A stretch of DNA of 64,000 nucleotides from Tagaea sp. (GCA_965279525.1 CBDIIB010000003.1:160001-224000); one strand, 5' to 3'; positions 1 to 10,897 are shown, counted from the stretch's first letter. Numbers and translations are program-made. Notes: generated from the letters alone by a model not told the origin.

Positions 1-121
1 GGTTCTTCGTCCATTGCGCGGCATTCGCCGGACTCGTCATTGTCGTCACATATACCGGCTTGAAGCTGATCGAGTCCGGCAACCGGTGGAGAATGCGCAA
101 TTTAGGCAGGAGGGAGGTACG

Positions 122-1111
122 ATGAGTGACGCTTCTCGTCGGGAGTGCCTTCTCCTGCCGCTGCTAATGGTGCTGCCCGGAATCGCCATGGCCCAGCAGT
201 CCGGCGGCAACGAAAAGCGATACGCCCGTCTCGGTGCCGACAGCACGATAGCCGAACTGCTCGCGCATCCCGCGTTCGAGGGGTTCGCCCTTCGCCTTCT
301 GCCGTGGGACGACCGGGATTATGACCTGCGGACGAAGCTCGGCGCTCTCGGAAGCCTGCTTCCGTACCACAGCCATGTCGATACGGTCGCCACGGTCGGC
401 GCTCTCAACCGCATGATCGACGATGCGAGCCAGGGTCGGCGGATATTCTTCGACATCTATTCGGATGCGGAGAAGCGCGAGGACCCTACCAAGTCCCATG
501 CCGGCCTTTTCTTTTCGCGTGGAAAGCCCAATGCGCCCTTCGCAGTCATCGCGCCTGGTGGCGGCTTCGCCTATGTCGGCTCGGTACACGAGGGTTTCCC
601 CTATGCCACAGAGATTTGCCGGGCGGGACTGAACGCCTTCGTGCTGAAATACCGGGCGGGCAAAGGCAGTGCCGTGGCGACCCAGGACCTCGCTGCCGCA
701 ATTGGCTTCATCTTCCAGAACGCGGCCGCTCTTGGTGTCGAAACGCGCGGCTATTCGCTGTGGGGCAGTTCGGCCGGCGCCCGCATGGCGGCGTCCATCG
801 GCAGCCACGGCGTGGCTCGGTTCGGCGGGCCCGAGCTTCCCAAGCCTTCAGCCGTGGTGATGGCCTACACCGCGCATGCCGAACGCTCTGTCGCAGAGCC
901 GCCGACCTTCGCCGTCGTCGGCGAACGGGATGGCATTTCTCCGCCATCCGCGATGGAACAACGCGTTGCTGCCCTTCGTCGTGCCGGGATCGAGGTCGAA
1001 TATCGCGTCTATCCTGGTGTCGGCCACGGCTTCGGGCCCGGCATCGGAACGAGTGCCGAAGGCTGGATCGGCGATGCGATCCGCTTCTGGGAGCGGCATC
1101 AGCCCCGGTAG
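122..1111 (+). CDS. secreted alpha/beta hydrolase (BD-FAE/xylan esterase-like)
   Basis: ATG 122 after AGGAGGGAGG; signal-peptide-like N-terminus; PGGGF oxyanion motif, GSSAG nucleophile elbow, GERD and GHGFG catalytic Asp/His. Confidence 0.85.
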   Translation: MSDASRRECLLLPLLMVLPGIAMAQQSGGNEKRYARLGADSTIAELLAHPAFEGFALRLLPWDDRDYDLRTKLGALGSLLPYHSHVDTVATVGALNRMIDDASQGRRIFFDIYSDAEKREDPTKSHAGLFFSRGKPNAPFAVIAPGGGFAYVGSVHEGFPYATEICRAGLNAFVLKYRAGKGSAVATQDLAAAIGFIFQNAAALGVETRGYSLWGSSAGARMAASIGSHGVARFGGPELPKPSAVVMAYTAHAERSVAEPPTFAVVGERDGISPPSAMEQRVAALRRAGIEVEYRVYPGVGHGFGPGIGTSAEGWIGDAIRFWERHQPR

Positions 1112-1992
1112 CGCAGCGCGTCGATCACGACGGAAAGCGCCGGTGATGAATGTCGTCGACTTGGGTAGTAGAGGTGATAGCCCGGAAACGGTGCACACCA
1201 GTCTTCGAGAACCCGCACGAGCCGTCCAGCGCGGATATGCGGGAGAGCATGGTCTTCCGGCATGTAGGCGAGGCCGAGCCCATCCAGCGCCGAAGCCAGT
1301 CGCATGGCGAGACTGTTGAACACCAATTGCCCGTCGGAGCGTACCTTGATCGCCTGACTGTCCTTCTCGAGACCCCACGCGAATATTTCGCCATGTGTGG
1401 GCATCCGGGACGAGATGGAGTTGTGGGCGGTCAGATCCTGCGGCGTTCGTGGCGTTCCGTACCGCTTGAAATATCGAGGCGACCCGACGATGGCCATGCG
1501 CATGTCGGGACCTATCCGGACCGCGATCATGTCCTTGGCGACCCGTTCGCCCATCCGGACGCCGGCGTCAAAGCCCGCCGCAACGATGTCGACGAGACCG
1601 TAATCGACGATGATCTCGACCTTGATATCCGGATGATCCGGCAGGAACCGGCGGAGGGCTGGCTGCAGGACCGAGATCGCCGGATGCTCGCCGGCCGTGA
1701 TGCGTATCGTGCCCGCCGCCTTGCCGCGTAGTTCGCCGAGGGCCGAGATCTCTGCGACGATCTCGTCGAAGCGCGGCCCGACCGTTTCGAGCAGTCTGAT
1801 GCCGGCCTCCGTCGGCGCGACGCTGCGCGTCGTACGCGTCAGCAGCCGCAGCTTGAGGCGTTCTTCGAGCCCTTTGATGGTCTGGCTAAGCGCCGACTGC
1901 GAAACCCCCAGCTTGGCGCCGGCTTTGGTGAAGCTGCGCTCCTTCGCCACCATGGCGAACGCAGCGAGATCGTTGAAGTTGGGCTGAACCAT
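1099..1992 (-). CDS. LysR family transcriptional regulator
   Basis: N-terminal HTH SFTKAGAKLGVSQSALSQTIKGLEERL, RTTRSVAPTEAG; CrgA-like substrate domain. Confidence 0.95.
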   Translation of the reverse strand: MVQPNFNDLAAFAMVAKERSFTKAGAKLGVSQSALSQTIKGLEERLKLRLLTRTTRSVAPTEAGIRLLETVGPRFDEIVAEISALGELRGKAAGTIRITAGEHPAISVLQPALRRFLPDHPDIKVEIIVDYGLVDIVAAGFDAGVRMGERVAKDMIAVRIGPDMRMAIVGSPRYFKRYGTPRTPQDLTAHNSISSRMPTHGEIFAWGLEKDSQAIKVRSDGQLVFNSLAMRLASALDGLGLAYMPEDHALPHIRAGRLVRVLEDWCAPFPGYHLYYPSRRHSSPALSVVIDALRYRG

Positions 1993-2071
1993 TGATTAGA
2001 GAACCTTATTAGAATGATCGGATTATAGCGTCCAATCACGTGTGTGACCACGTTCCAATAAGGTCTGTCTC

Positions 2072-2150
2072 AGTATCACGCGTCGGCGGGGTGTTGGCAA
2101 AACACTGTTGCTGGCCGATTTCAATGAGAAGTCGCTTCGGGCTGCGGGAG
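2072..2150 (+). pseudogene. short remnant of an SDR N-terminal region
   Basis: frame reads SITRRRGVGKTLLLADFNEKSLRAAGE, like SDR segments AIARRxGxGKxVLLADxNE; no start or continuation. Confidence 0.4.
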
Positions 2151-2238
2151 AGCCGTTCCCGCCCGAACCTCGTCAAGCTGCGCTGGCTATCCAACAACGG
2201 CTCCTATTCGGTGGCGATCCGCTTAGACGGGTCTCCCG

Positions 2239-2643
2239 TCAGGCAGGGCCATCCAACTTCCACATCAGTTCGCGTTGTTCGCCGTCGGACCGCCGTGGTG
2301 GGATCAATACGAGGTGGTCATTGCGGAATTCTACTTTCCGGATCTGCTCGCCGCCGATCCGCTCCGTCACAGCGGCTGCATCGACGCGAGTTATCAGCCT
2401 GTCGCCTTCTATCCGGAAGTTCCCGCAATACGACGCGTAAGCACGTTTCTCCCCTCCCGGAATGGAGGGTCGGCCATCGCAGATGACGGCCATCATTCGG
2501 CCGGCTTCGCTGAGAATAAGCCGTCCCATTGGGATCGGGCCATACGGAGGGCGCACACTCCGCCCGTCTGCGTCGACGGCTGTCGCCGAGATCAGGCGCC
2601 ATGTGCCTTGAACTTGCTCAGGGCTTATCGTTTCGGCTGCCAT
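2239..2643 (-). CDS. lipocalin-like domain protein
   Basis: GTWRLISA, PYGPIPMGRL and YASYCGNF motifs; RBS GGAG/GAGG upstream. Confidence 0.8.
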   Translation of the reverse strand: MAAETISPEQVQGTWRLISATAVDADGRSVRPPYGPIPMGRLILSEAGRMMAVICDGRPSIPGGEKRAYASYCGNFRIEGDRLITRVDAAAVTERIGGEQIRKVEFRNDHLVLIPPRRSDGEQRELMWKLDGPA

Positions 2644-2681
2644 TCCTCTGCTCCTTCGCCATCATCTCTGATTTTCCTATT

Positions 2682-2692
2682 TGGACCGACCT
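2682..2692. promoter_or_regulatory. putative FadR/GntR operator TGGACCGACCT
   Basis: matches the TGGWCNGWCCA pseudo-palindrome also seen at 6195 and 6270; lies between the divergent lipocalin and FadR genes. Confidence 0.5.
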
Positions 2693-2842
2693 TTTAAGTT
2701 AGGGACATTTGGAGCATGATGGCAAACACCACATAATATCAGCAAGATAAAAGGGTTGAAGGGACGGACGCATGTTGCGGGGCCGTGGAGCGAGTGATAA
2801 ATCTGTCAAAGATCGTACTTTTACGGGCAGCAGTGGGCGAAG

Positions 2843-3598
2843 ATGCGCAAGAGCCAAAAGATCGATTTGAACAATGTTGCGGGCCCAAAGAATCTCGCGG
2901 CTGAATCGACATCTGTGTCCGTTGCGCTGGCCCGGAAGCTTCTTGACGCCATCGTCCAGGGCGGCATCGCGGTGGGAAGTTCGTTGCCGAGCGAACGAGA
3001 ACTGATGACCAAGTATCAGGTCAGTCGCGGGACGGTTCGCGAAGCCCTGAGCGTTTTGAGCGCCCAGAACCTGATACAGGTCAAACGGGGTCGAGGCGGT
3101 GGTTCCTTCATATCCAGCCCTACTTCCCATTCGGTGGTGCAGTCGCTGAACCTGTTCATCAAAGGCCAAGATATCCGCTTCCTCGATCTGGCCTTCGCCC
3201 GTGAGGCGATTGAACCCGCTGCCGCAGCGCAAGCCGCAGTGTCGCGAAGTCGGGAGAAGCTGGAAGAGTTGTGGCAGCTATGTACGGAATGCGAACGCAA
3301 GGTCGACGACGCCCAGCGTTTCGTTGAAACAAATCTCAGGTGGCATCTGGTCGTCGCGGAGGCGAGCAACAACCCGCTATTCGTTGCATTTCTCACGTCG
3401 ATCTCTACGGCACTTCATACCGCAACGAACTTCGAAGAATTCGATATCAAGATCCGCAAAGAGGTCGTCGGCGTGCACTGGCAGATCTTCGAGGCGATTC
3501 GGGTCGGTGACCCGGACGCGGCTCGCCGCCGTATGACACGTCATGTGTCGGCATATAGTCAGCAGCTTTCGTCAATCAATCTGGCAGCAAAAACGTAG
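2843..3598 (+). CDS. FadR/GntR family transcriptional regulator
   Basis: LPSERELMTKYQVSRGTVREAL winged HTH; FCD domain (SNNPLF, H...AIR.GD...A...M..H). Confidence 0.95.
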   Translation: MRKSQKIDLNNVAGPKNLAAESTSVSVALARKLLDAIVQGGIAVGSSLPSERELMTKYQVSRGTVREALSVLSAQNLIQVKRGRGGGSFISSPTSHSVVQSLNLFIKGQDIRFLDLAFAREAIEPAAAAQAAVSRSREKLEELWQLCTECERKVDDAQRFVETNLRWHLVVAEASNNPLFVAFLTSISTALHTATNFEEFDIKIRKEVVGVHWQIFEAIRVGDPDAARRRMTRHVSAYSQQLSSINLAAKT

Positions 3599-3693
3599 TT
3601 GCGCGTATCGCGCCTAAGATTGTTCTCTCGACCAGCTTGGAAGCGACCGCTTCGATCTTGTTTCGTGAAGCGGGGGATGTGGGCATAGCCACC

Positions 3694-4716
3694 TCAGTTG
3701 ATTTTGTAGATCCGGCGGGCCGTTTCGCTGAACAGTTTGTTCTTTTCCGCCGCTGAGTAGTTCGCTGCAATCAGCTTGAATGCATTCCAGATCGTACGGT
3801 AGCTGCCCGCAGCTCGGTCGGGCGGGAAATTGCTCTCGAACATGCACCGATCCGGGCCAAACAATTCTATGCAGGTTTCGACATAGGGCCGCCAGTCATT
3901 CGCGAGTTCCTCGGCGGTCGGCGACGTTGGGCGTTTTTCGTACGCAAAGCCGCAGCGCCGCCCGGAAAGGCCGCCGAGTTTCATGAGGATGTTGGGACGA
4001 CGCGCGGCATCAGTCACGAGCGCCTTCCACCGCGCGAAGTTGTCCGACCGGGCATAAGGTCCAATGCCAAGCAAGCCGCCGCAGTGATTCACGACGATCG
4101 TTGCCTGGGGAAAAGCATCAGCCAGGCTAGCGACTTCCGGCAATTGGGGATGATATTGCCAGGCGTCATAGACGAGCTTGCGCGCGGCCAGGCGGGCAAA
4201 GCCCGCACGAAAGCGGGTGTCCGATAGGAGACCTCGGGGGCCAAATGGCCGCGTACCAGTGTTGACCGATGGGTCGGCATCCCAGTTCGCAGTGCCGCGG
4301 ATGCCGCGCAGGCGGCTGCCGCTGGCAATGGCGAGCGCTTCCAGCACTTCATCGACGACCTCTCCCAGGGTGAGATCGGCGGCACCGACAAAGGCCGCGC
4401 ATATCCGCGTTGGCCCGAAGAGGCTGCTTTCACTCATCGCCGCCATGCCGCTGACGAATTCAGCTTCTCCAACAGGCCGCAGCGCCTCTGGGCCATGGTT
4501 GCGGTACATTGCGCTGCATTCGACATAGACGGATGCGAGCACGTTGTGGCCACTCGCGAGATCGGCCTGGAACTCCTCGATCAGATAGCGCTGATTGCGC
4601 AACACCCACAGATGATGATGGCTGTCGACGATCGGGAGATCGGGTTCGAGCACCTCAGCGTCGGCCCGGACACTGGCATTCTGCATGTGATCAGATGTCC
4701 TCGTTTTGTCTCCCAC
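3694..4716 (-). CDS. amidohydrolase_2 family (lactonase-like) protein
   Basis: DSHHHLW, VYVEC, VNHCGG, KLGGL, FGPDRCMFESNFP. Confidence 0.9.
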   Translation of the reverse strand: MGDKTRTSDHMQNASVRADAEVLEPDLPIVDSHHHLWVLRNQRYLIEEFQADLASGHNVLASVYVECSAMYRNHGPEALRPVGEAEFVSGMAAMSESSLFGPTRICAAFVGAADLTLGEVVDEVLEALAIASGSRLRGIRGTANWDADPSVNTGTRPFGPRGLLSDTRFRAGFARLAARKLVYDAWQYHPQLPEVASLADAFPQATIVVNHCGGLLGIGPYARSDNFARWKALVTDAARRPNILMKLGGLSGRRCGFAYEKRPTSPTAEELANDWRPYVETCIELFGPDRCMFESNFPPDRAAGSYRTIWNAFKLIAANYSAAEKNKLFSETARRIYKIN

Positions 4717-4745
4717 CAGTCCCGATAGCTCGGAACCTCATACCG

Positions 4746-5642
4746 CTAGCGTCGCGAGGTGAACGCATCCCGCATGGCTAGAACTTTTCGTGCCTGTTGG
4801 AGATGCGGCCGGTCGAGCATCTTCCCATCTACGCCGACCGTGCCGACATCCGGATTGGAAGCGAAAGCGGCGACGACGCGCTCGGCGAAGGCGATATCGT
4901 CGGCGCTTGGGCTGAACGTCTCGTTGATGATGTCCACCTGATCCGGATGGATAGCGAAGCGGCCGGTAAATCCCTCCCGGCGCGACGCAACGCAACTTTT
5001 TTTCAGGCCCCCCGTATCCTTGTAGTCGGGATAGACTGTGTCCACGGCTTCGACGCCGCAGGCTTTTGCCGCCAGGAGCGTAAAGCTGCGGACCATGCGA
5101 TAGGTTAGAGACAGCCGTCCGTCCTCGTCTTGATTGGTAGTGGCGCCGACGGCCGAACTGAGATCCTCAGCTCCCCAAGTCAGGCCGAAGAGACGTGTTA
5201 GGGCGGCCTGATGGTAAGACCCAAGTGAGAAGGGAGAGCATGCCGTCTCGGTCGTCACAGGCAGGATGGCGATCGATCCGATCGGCAACCCCTCACGAGC
5301 TTCAAGGGCATCGAGATAGTAGCTGAGACGTCGCACGTCGCCGGGGCCATCTACCTTCGGCTGCAGTATGCCGGCAGGCTTCCCAGCGACGACCGCGGCC
5401 AGATCCTGCAGTGCCTCGGGTGTCGACAATGGATTGATGCGGACCCACTGGGCAGTGCCTTGCCTGAAGTTCCCACTCTTCAGGTGTACAGCAGTCATCT
5501 CGCGGGCAATGGCTTTCCGGGCCTGAGCGACCGAATCTTCGAGATCGAGCACCAAGCCATCGGCATTGGAGGCGCGGGATTTTTCAATCTTGCGCTCGCT
5601 GTCGCCGGGCACGAATAGCAGGGATCGGACCGGAATCGTCAT
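4746..5642 (-). CDS. CitE/HpcH family acyl-CoA lyase (citramalyl-/malyl-CoA lyase-like)
   Basis: [45 protein letters not shown]; ATG overlaps the MaoC stop (ATGA). Confidence 0.92.
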   Translation of the reverse strand: MTIPVRSLLFVPGDSERKIEKSRASNADGLVLDLEDSVAQARKAIAREMTAVHLKSGNFRQGTAQWVRINPLSTPEALQDLAAVVAGKPAGILQPKVDGPGDVRRLSYYLDALEAREGLPIGSIAILPVTTETACSPFSLGSYHQAALTRLFGLTWGAEDLSSAVGATTNQDEDGRLSLTYRMVRSFTLLAAKACGVEAVDTVYPDYKDTGGLKKSCVASRREGFTGRFAIHPDQVDIINETFSPSADDIAFAERVVAAFASNPDVGTVGVDGKMLDRPHLQQARKVLAMRDAFTSRR

Positions 5643-6097
5643 GTCGTAGGCTTTTTCAACATTAAGGCCGCACGCTTGCAATGGCCGACCAGCTCGTTTC
5701 GCTGGTTGTAGGCCCTATGCATGAAGGTCACCACGCCCTGTTTCGGACGGGAACGGCTCTCCCGCATCTCGAGCACTTCGGACTCGGCGCGGATCGTGTC
5801 GCCGTGAAACACGGGTTTGGGAAATCGAACCTCGTCCATGCCCAGATTGCCAACGGTCGTGCCGAGAGTCGTGTCCGAGACTGAAAGGCCGATCATCAGG
5901 CCCAGCGTGAAGCCGCTATTGACGATCGGTTGGCCGAATTCCGTATGCTCCCGGCAGTACTGCGCGTCCAAGTGTATCGCGGCGGGATTGCAGGTGGCGG
6001 TAGTGAACCAGACATTGTCGGCCTCGGTGACCGTACGCCGTACGGCGTGCTGGAACACCTGCCCGACTTTGAATTCGTCGAAGAAAAGCCCCGGCAT
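5639..6097 (-). CDS. MaoC family (R)-specific enoyl-CoA hydratase/dehydratase
   Basis: RRTVTEADN...[27 protein letters not shown] hotdog motifs. Confidence 0.92.
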   Translation of the reverse strand: MPGLFFDEFKVGQVFQHAVRRTVTEADNVWFTTATCNPAAIHLDAQYCREHTEFGQPIVNSGFTLGLMIGLSVSDTTLGTTVGNLGMDEVRFPKPVFHGDTIRAESEVLEMRESRSRPKQGVVTFMHRAYNQRNELVGHCKRAALMLKKPTT

Positions 6098-6194
6098 TGA
6101 GTCTCTCTCCCTCGAAGGGCCGATTACTCGGCATTGTTCTTACGTGGCCGTTGTTCGGGAGCTAACACCAAATCCATGGACGCGACAAGGCAAA

Positions 6195-6280
6195 TGGTCC
6201 GTCCAATACGGCCTCCTCCCGCCTTAAGGCCGATACAGGTAATATACCGCTGAAATCTTCTGGACAAAAAGGCCCGACCA
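6195..6280. promoter_or_regulatory. two putative FadR/GntR operators in the divergent promoter
   Basis: TGGTCCGTCCA at 6195-6205 and AGGCCCGACCA at 6270-6280, both with A/T-rich flanks. Confidence 0.55.
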
Positions 6281-6386
6281 TTTTACGAAACAGGGTACGA
6301 AGGCCATCTTGCCCTCGCTCGGGCTTGGATAAGCGTCGGGGTCAGCGGAACACACAAAAGGCCGCGGCTGTGGGGAGACTAGCGAT

Positions 6387-7625
6387 ATGCAGCGTCAATC
6401 TCAGGAAGTGGCCACGAAAGAAGCTGTCCCGGCACGCCTCCCGCTGCACGGGGTCACCGTCCTTGATCTCGGCCAGATCTACAACGGTCCCTACGCGTCG
6501 TTCCTGATGGCCATGAGCGGCGCTCGCGTAATCAAGATCGAGCCGCCCGGTGGTGAGAAGATGCGGCGCCGCAGTACCGTCGGCAGCGGTGCCATGCTTC
6601 CTTTCGCCATGCTGAACTCCAACAAGGAGTTTGTGACGCTCAATCTGAAGTCGGATATGGGCCGGAGCCTTTTCCTTCAGATGGTGCGTAAGGCGGACGT
6701 CGTCGTTGAAAATTTCGCGCCGGGTGTCATGGACAAACTCGGCGTCGGCCCGTCGAAACTTTTGCAGGAAAACCCACGCCTCATCTATGCGGCCGGCTCC
6801 GGCTACGGCTGGTCGGGGCCATACAGGAACTTCCTGGCGATGGATCTAACAGTCCAGGCCATGTCCGGCGTGATGGCCTCCACGGGCTTCCCCGACCGCC
6901 CGCCTGTCAAAGCTGGTCCTGCGCTATGCGATTTCTTGGGTGGAGTACACCTCTATGGTGCCGCTATCACGGCGCTGTTCGACGCGCAGCGCACCGGCAT
7001 TGGTCGCTTTGTCGAGGTGTCGATGTTGGAGGCGGTTTACCCGTCGCTCAGTTCGACGCTCGGTTCGTATCACGGCCTCGGCAATCAGAATCCACCGCGT
7101 ACGGGCAATCGGCACAGTGGCTTGGCCGAGTCACCCTACAATGTCTATCCCGCGAGTGACGGCTGGATTGCGATGTTCTGTGTTAGCGAAGCGCATTTTG
7201 AAGCACTCACCGCTGCGATGGACCGACTTGACCTTCGGCAGGAGCGCAAATTCGCCAGTCTTAAATCGAGAGTCGCGCACATGGATGAGCTCGACGCGAT
7301 GATTTCGGAGTGGAGTGGAAAGCGCACTAAGGCCGAGTTACTCGAGATCATGAACCGGTTTCGCGTTCCCTGTGCGCCCGTCCGCGAGATGGACGAGGTG
7401 GTGAACGACCCGCACATGCATGCCCGCGGCAGCTTGAAACGAGTTACCCATCCCGACCTGGGTGAAATCGTTCTGCCGACAGGCCCACTGCGATACGGCG
7501 AGACTCCCGCGCCTGAGATCACGCCGAGCAGGGATATAGGTGCTGACAACGCTACCGTGTTTCAGGAATGGCTAGGGCTCGGTGAGCAGGAATTCAAAGC
7601 TCTCATCGCCAACGAGGCCATCTGA
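6387..7625 (+). CDS. CaiB/BaiF family III CoA-transferase
   Basis: PLHGVTVLDL, GARVIKIEPPGG, ADVVVENFAPG, AMDLTVQAMSG (catalytic Asp). Confidence 0.95.
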   Translation: MQRQSQEVATKEAVPARLPLHGVTVLDLGQIYNGPYASFLMAMSGARVIKIEPPGGEKMRRRSTVGSGAMLPFAMLNSNKEFVTLNLKSDMGRSLFLQMVRKADVVVENFAPGVMDKLGVGPSKLLQENPRLIYAAGSGYGWSGPYRNFLAMDLTVQAMSGVMASTGFPDRPPVKAGPALCDFLGGVHLYGAAITALFDAQRTGIGRFVEVSMLEAVYPSLSSTLGSYHGLGNQNPPRTGNRHSGLAESPYNVYPASDGWIAMFCVSEAHFEALTAAMDRLDLRQERKFASLKSRVAHMDELDAMISEWSGKRTKAELLEIMNRFRVPCAPVREMDEVVNDPHMHARGSLKRVTHPDLGEIVLPTGPLRYGETPAPEITPSRDIGADNATVFQEWLGLGEQEFKALIANEAI

Positions 7626-7670
7626 TGATGTCACAAGCAGAGGCGCTTAAGCGGTGCCTTGGGGCAATCG

Positions 7671-8837
7671 ATGAATTTTGACTACACGGATGACCAGAAC
7701 GCTATCCGCGAGGGCGTTCGCGCCGTCGTGTCGCGCTTCGACGACCGTTACTGGCTTGCTCGTGATGACGACGGTAAGTTTCCGTTCGAGTTCCATCGCG
7801 CCATGGCGGAGGGGGGCTGGCTGGGAATTACCATGCCGGCGGAGTATGGCGGGTCAGGTCTCGGCGTGACCGAAGCCGCGATCATGATGAACGAAGTCGC
7901 CCAGCATGGTGGCGCCATGGCGGCTGTCTCAACGATCCACATCAATCTGTTTGGCCCGCATTCAATCATCGTTTACGGCACGCCGGAGCAAAAGCGGCGC
8001 TGGATTCCGCGGCTCGTCTCCGGTGAGGACCAGGTCTGCTTCGGCGTCACCGAACCGGACGCCGGCCTCGATACGACCCGCATTCGGACATTCGCCAAGA
8101 AGGTTCCCGGGGGCTATTCGGTGCGCGGGCAGAAAATCTGGACGTCGACCGCCCAGGTCGCGAAGAAAATCCTGCTGGTCACGCGGACAACGCCCTACGA
8201 AGAGTGCAAGAAGCCGACAGACGGCATCACCGTCTTCTATACCGATCTCGACCGAAAAAAAGTCGAAGTGACGCGCATCCCGAAAATGGGGCGCAAGGCC
8301 GTCGATTCAAACTCCGTGTTCATCGACGACTTGTTCATTCCGGACGAAGACCGCCTAGGCGAGGAGGGAAAAGGCTTCGCCTGCCTCCTGAACAGTCTCA
8401 ATCCGGAACGAATTCTTGTGGCGTCAGAAGCGATCGGCATCGGTCAGGATGCGTTGCGGCGGGCCGCTCGCTATGCGCAAGAGCGCAAGGTATTCGGCCG
8501 GACAATCGGTCAGAACCAGGCTATCCAGCATCCGCTTGCCCAAAACTGGATGGAGTTGGAGGCGGCATTGACCATGGTGATGAAGGCCGCCTGGCTCTAC
8601 GACAGTGCTCGGCCGTGCGGCCCTGAAGCCAACACCGCTAAATTTCTGGGCGCACGAGCTGCCTACAGTGCTTGTGAAAATGCCGTCTTCACGCACGGCG
8701 GCCTCGGATATGCCAAAGAGTATCACGTGGAGCGCCTCTTCCGCGAAGTGCTCCTGACCCGAATTGCCCCTGTGACGGAGCACCTTATCCTCTCGTTTAT
8801 TGGCGAGAAGGTTTTGGGCTTGGCAAAGAGCTACTGA
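7671..8837 (+). CDS. acyl-CoA dehydrogenase
   Basis: PAEYGGSGLG, FGVTEPDAGLD, GQKIWTS, RKVFGRTIGQNQAIQH, HGGLGYAKEYHVER. Confidence 0.95.
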   Translation: MNFDYTDDQNAIREGVRAVVSRFDDRYWLARDDDGKFPFEFHRAMAEGGWLGITMPAEYGGSGLGVTEAAIMMNEVAQHGGAMAAVSTIHINLFGPHSIIVYGTPEQKRRWIPRLVSGEDQVCFGVTEPDAGLDTTRIRTFAKKVPGGYSVRGQKIWTSTAQVAKKILLVTRTTPYEECKKPTDGITVFYTDLDRKKVEVTRIPKMGRKAVDSNSVFIDDLFIPDEDRLGEEGKGFACLLNSLNPERILVASEAIGIGQDALRRAARYAQERKVFGRTIGQNQAIQHPLAQNWMELEAALTMVMKAAWLYDSARPCGPEANTAKFLGARAAYSACENAVFTHGGLGYAKEYHVERLFREVLLTRIAPVTEHLILSFIGEKVLGLAKSY

Positions 8838-10096
8838 TGAACGTTAGCTTCAGTCGCCCACGTGTGGACGCAATCCTCTCCAGCGCTAAGAGCATCTATG
8901 TCTCTGGTTTCACGGCGGAGATAACGGAGGCGCCGGAGCTTTTTCGTCAACACCAACCTGCTGATGCGACCGTCACAGGTCTTTTTAGCCCCCTGATGAA
9001 CCGCCGCTCATATGCCGATCCCGACATCGGCTTGCGTGTGCGAAGTTTTCTTCTTACGCCGGCTCTGAAGAGAGATCTTTCCACAGGTATGGTTGATTAC
9101 TGTCCTTGGCGGTATGGAGCTATCAATCGCTGGCTCGCCGCTCCGGGGCGGTTTGATACCGCGCTGGTCATGATGTCGCCGCCCGACAACGCGGGAAAAT
9201 GCAGTCTCGGCGTTCAGGTCGACTTCTTGCCAAGTTTCCATGCCAAGGTTGACCGGTTGGTTGGTTTCATCAATCCCAACATGCCTCGTACGGCAGGTGA
9301 AGGGCTCATCGATTACAGTGCGTTGTCCGGAGTCGTCGACTACGACGCGCCATTGGTCACCGTGGTGCCGAAGTCGCCAGACCCAGCCGCGATAAAGATA
9401 GCAGCCAACATTGTGGAATTGGTGCCCGATCATGCCACGGTGCAGTTTGGGGTCGGTCAGATTCCGAGCCAAGTCGTCGTCCAGCTCAAGAACCATCGTG
9501 GTCTTCGTATCCACTCGGGTGTCGTCGATGACAGCATACTAGCACTCGACGCGAGTGGTGCGCTTGATCAGGACTCCCCGATAATCACCGGCACGGCAAT
9601 AGGCTCCAAACAGCTCTATGAAGCGCTGGCTGGCAACGGACGATTTTCTTTCAGATCCGTCTCTTATACGCACTCCCACTCGAGGATTGCGGGGCTGAAG
9701 CGCTTCACCGCGGTCAATTCGGTATTGCAGGCTGACTTGCTTGGGCAGGTGAGCGCTGAATACAGCGGTGGAAAGCTCGTCGCCAGTCCCGGTGGTTTGC
9801 CCGACTTTGCACGTGGTGCGCTGGATAGCGAGGGGGGCCAGTCGATAATTGCATTGCGTGCACAGGGCGGTGGTCACGCTAAAGGAATCGTCCCGCTTCT
9901 GGATGTGCCCCACGCGGCAACCGGAGGGGCCGTTGACGCTGACATCATCGTTACCGAGTTCGGTGCTGCCCGTATCGGCGGTCTATCGCTTGATCGACGC
10001 GCCGAGGCCATGATCGCCATTGCGGATCCCGAAGATCAGAGCTATCTCGCGGAGCAGTGGTCAAAGATACGCAGCAACCTCTTCGCCAGATCCTAG
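8837..10096 (+). CDS. acetyl-CoA hydrolase/transferase family (4-hydroxybutyrate CoA-transferase-like)
   Basis: NPNMPRT, ATVQFGVGQIP, NSVLQADLLGQVSAE, GGLPDFARGA, IVTEFG. Confidence 0.9.
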   Translation: MNVSFSRPRVDAILSSAKSIYVSGFTAEITEAPELFRQHQPADATVTGLFSPLMNRRSYADPDIGLRVRSFLLTPALKRDLSTGMVDYCPWRYGAINRWLAAPGRFDTALVMMSPPDNAGKCSLGVQVDFLPSFHAKVDRLVGFINPNMPRTAGEGLIDYSALSGVVDYDAPLVTVVPKSPDPAAIKIAANIVELVPDHATVQFGVGQIPSQVVVQLKNHRGLRIHSGVVDDSILALDASGALDQDSPIITGTAIGSKQLYEALAGNGRFSFRSVSYTHSHSRIAGLKRFTAVNSVLQADLLGQVSAEYSGGKLVASPGGLPDFARGALDSEGGQSIIALRAQGGGHAKGIVPLLDVPHAATGGAVDADIIVTEFGAARIGGLSLDRRAEAMIAIADPEDQSYLAEQWSKIRSNLFARS

Positions 10097-10144
10097 GACG
10101 CCACGCGCTATTCTCGGTTATGAACGCGTAGATGGGGATGTGTC

Positions 10145-10897
10145 ATGAGACTAAAAGGCAAGATTGCCATCGTTACTGGGGCTGGTGCCGGCATCGGTCA
10201 GGCTTGCGCCCAGTTGTTTGCAAGTGAAGGGGCGTGCGTCACCATTGCGGAGTTTGACGATGTGACAGGCGCTGCGGCATGCGAGCAAATCAAGAGCGAT
10301 GGTGGCCAAGCTATCTTCGTGCACACGGATGTCTCGCGTCCCGAAAGCGTGGAGGAGGCCATACGGGCGACAGTCTCCGAGTTCGGCGGTATCGACGTGC
10401 TGTACAACAACGTCGGTGGATCGACGCTCCAAGATGGGTCTGTCGTGACCGCTCCGTTCGAGGAGTTCCAGAAGAAGATTAACGTGGATCTGTTCGGGAC
10501 TTGGTTGGGCTGTCGTTATGCCGTGCCGGAGATGATCAAGCGTGGCGGTGGATCTATTATCAACGCTTCCTCCATTTGCGCCCTGAGCGGGATGCAAAAT
10601 AGGGCCGCATATACGGCGGCGAAAGGAGCGGTGACGGCTCTTACCCGGTCTATGGCCGTGGATTTTGCACCCCATAAGATTCGTGTAAACACGATTGTTC
10701 CGGGCTCGACGCAAACAGAACGCGTCTTGGCGCGAAGGCGGAACGGAAACGCCAAACCTCAAATGGTTGCAAGGCATATTCTCGGTTTGATCGATCCGAT
10801 CGATATCGCGTACGCAGTCCTCTATTTTGCGTCGGATGAGTCTCGCAGGACTACCGGACAGCTCCTCGCGGTCGATAGCGGATACATGATCTCATGA
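10145..10897 (+). CDS. SDR family NAD(P)-dependent oxidoreductase
   Basis: TGAGAGIG, NNVGG, YTAAK, IRVNTIVPG. Confidence 0.95.
   Translation: MRLKGKIAIVTGAGAGIGQACAQLFASEGACVTIAEFDDVTGAAACEQIKSDGGQAIFVHTDVSRPESVEEAIRATVSEFGGIDVLYNNVGGSTLQDGSVVTAPFEEFQKKINVDLFGTWLGCRYAVPEMIKRGGGSIINASSICALSGMQNRAAYTAAKGAVTALTRSMAVDFAPHKIRVNTIVPGSTQTERVLARRRNGNAKPQMVARHILGLIDPIDIAYAVLYFASDESRRTTGQLLAVDSGYMIS

Noticed and set aside
1099-1111. Convergent 13-bp overlap of the hydrolase and LysR genes
   Set aside because: A common arrangement with no sign of special function.
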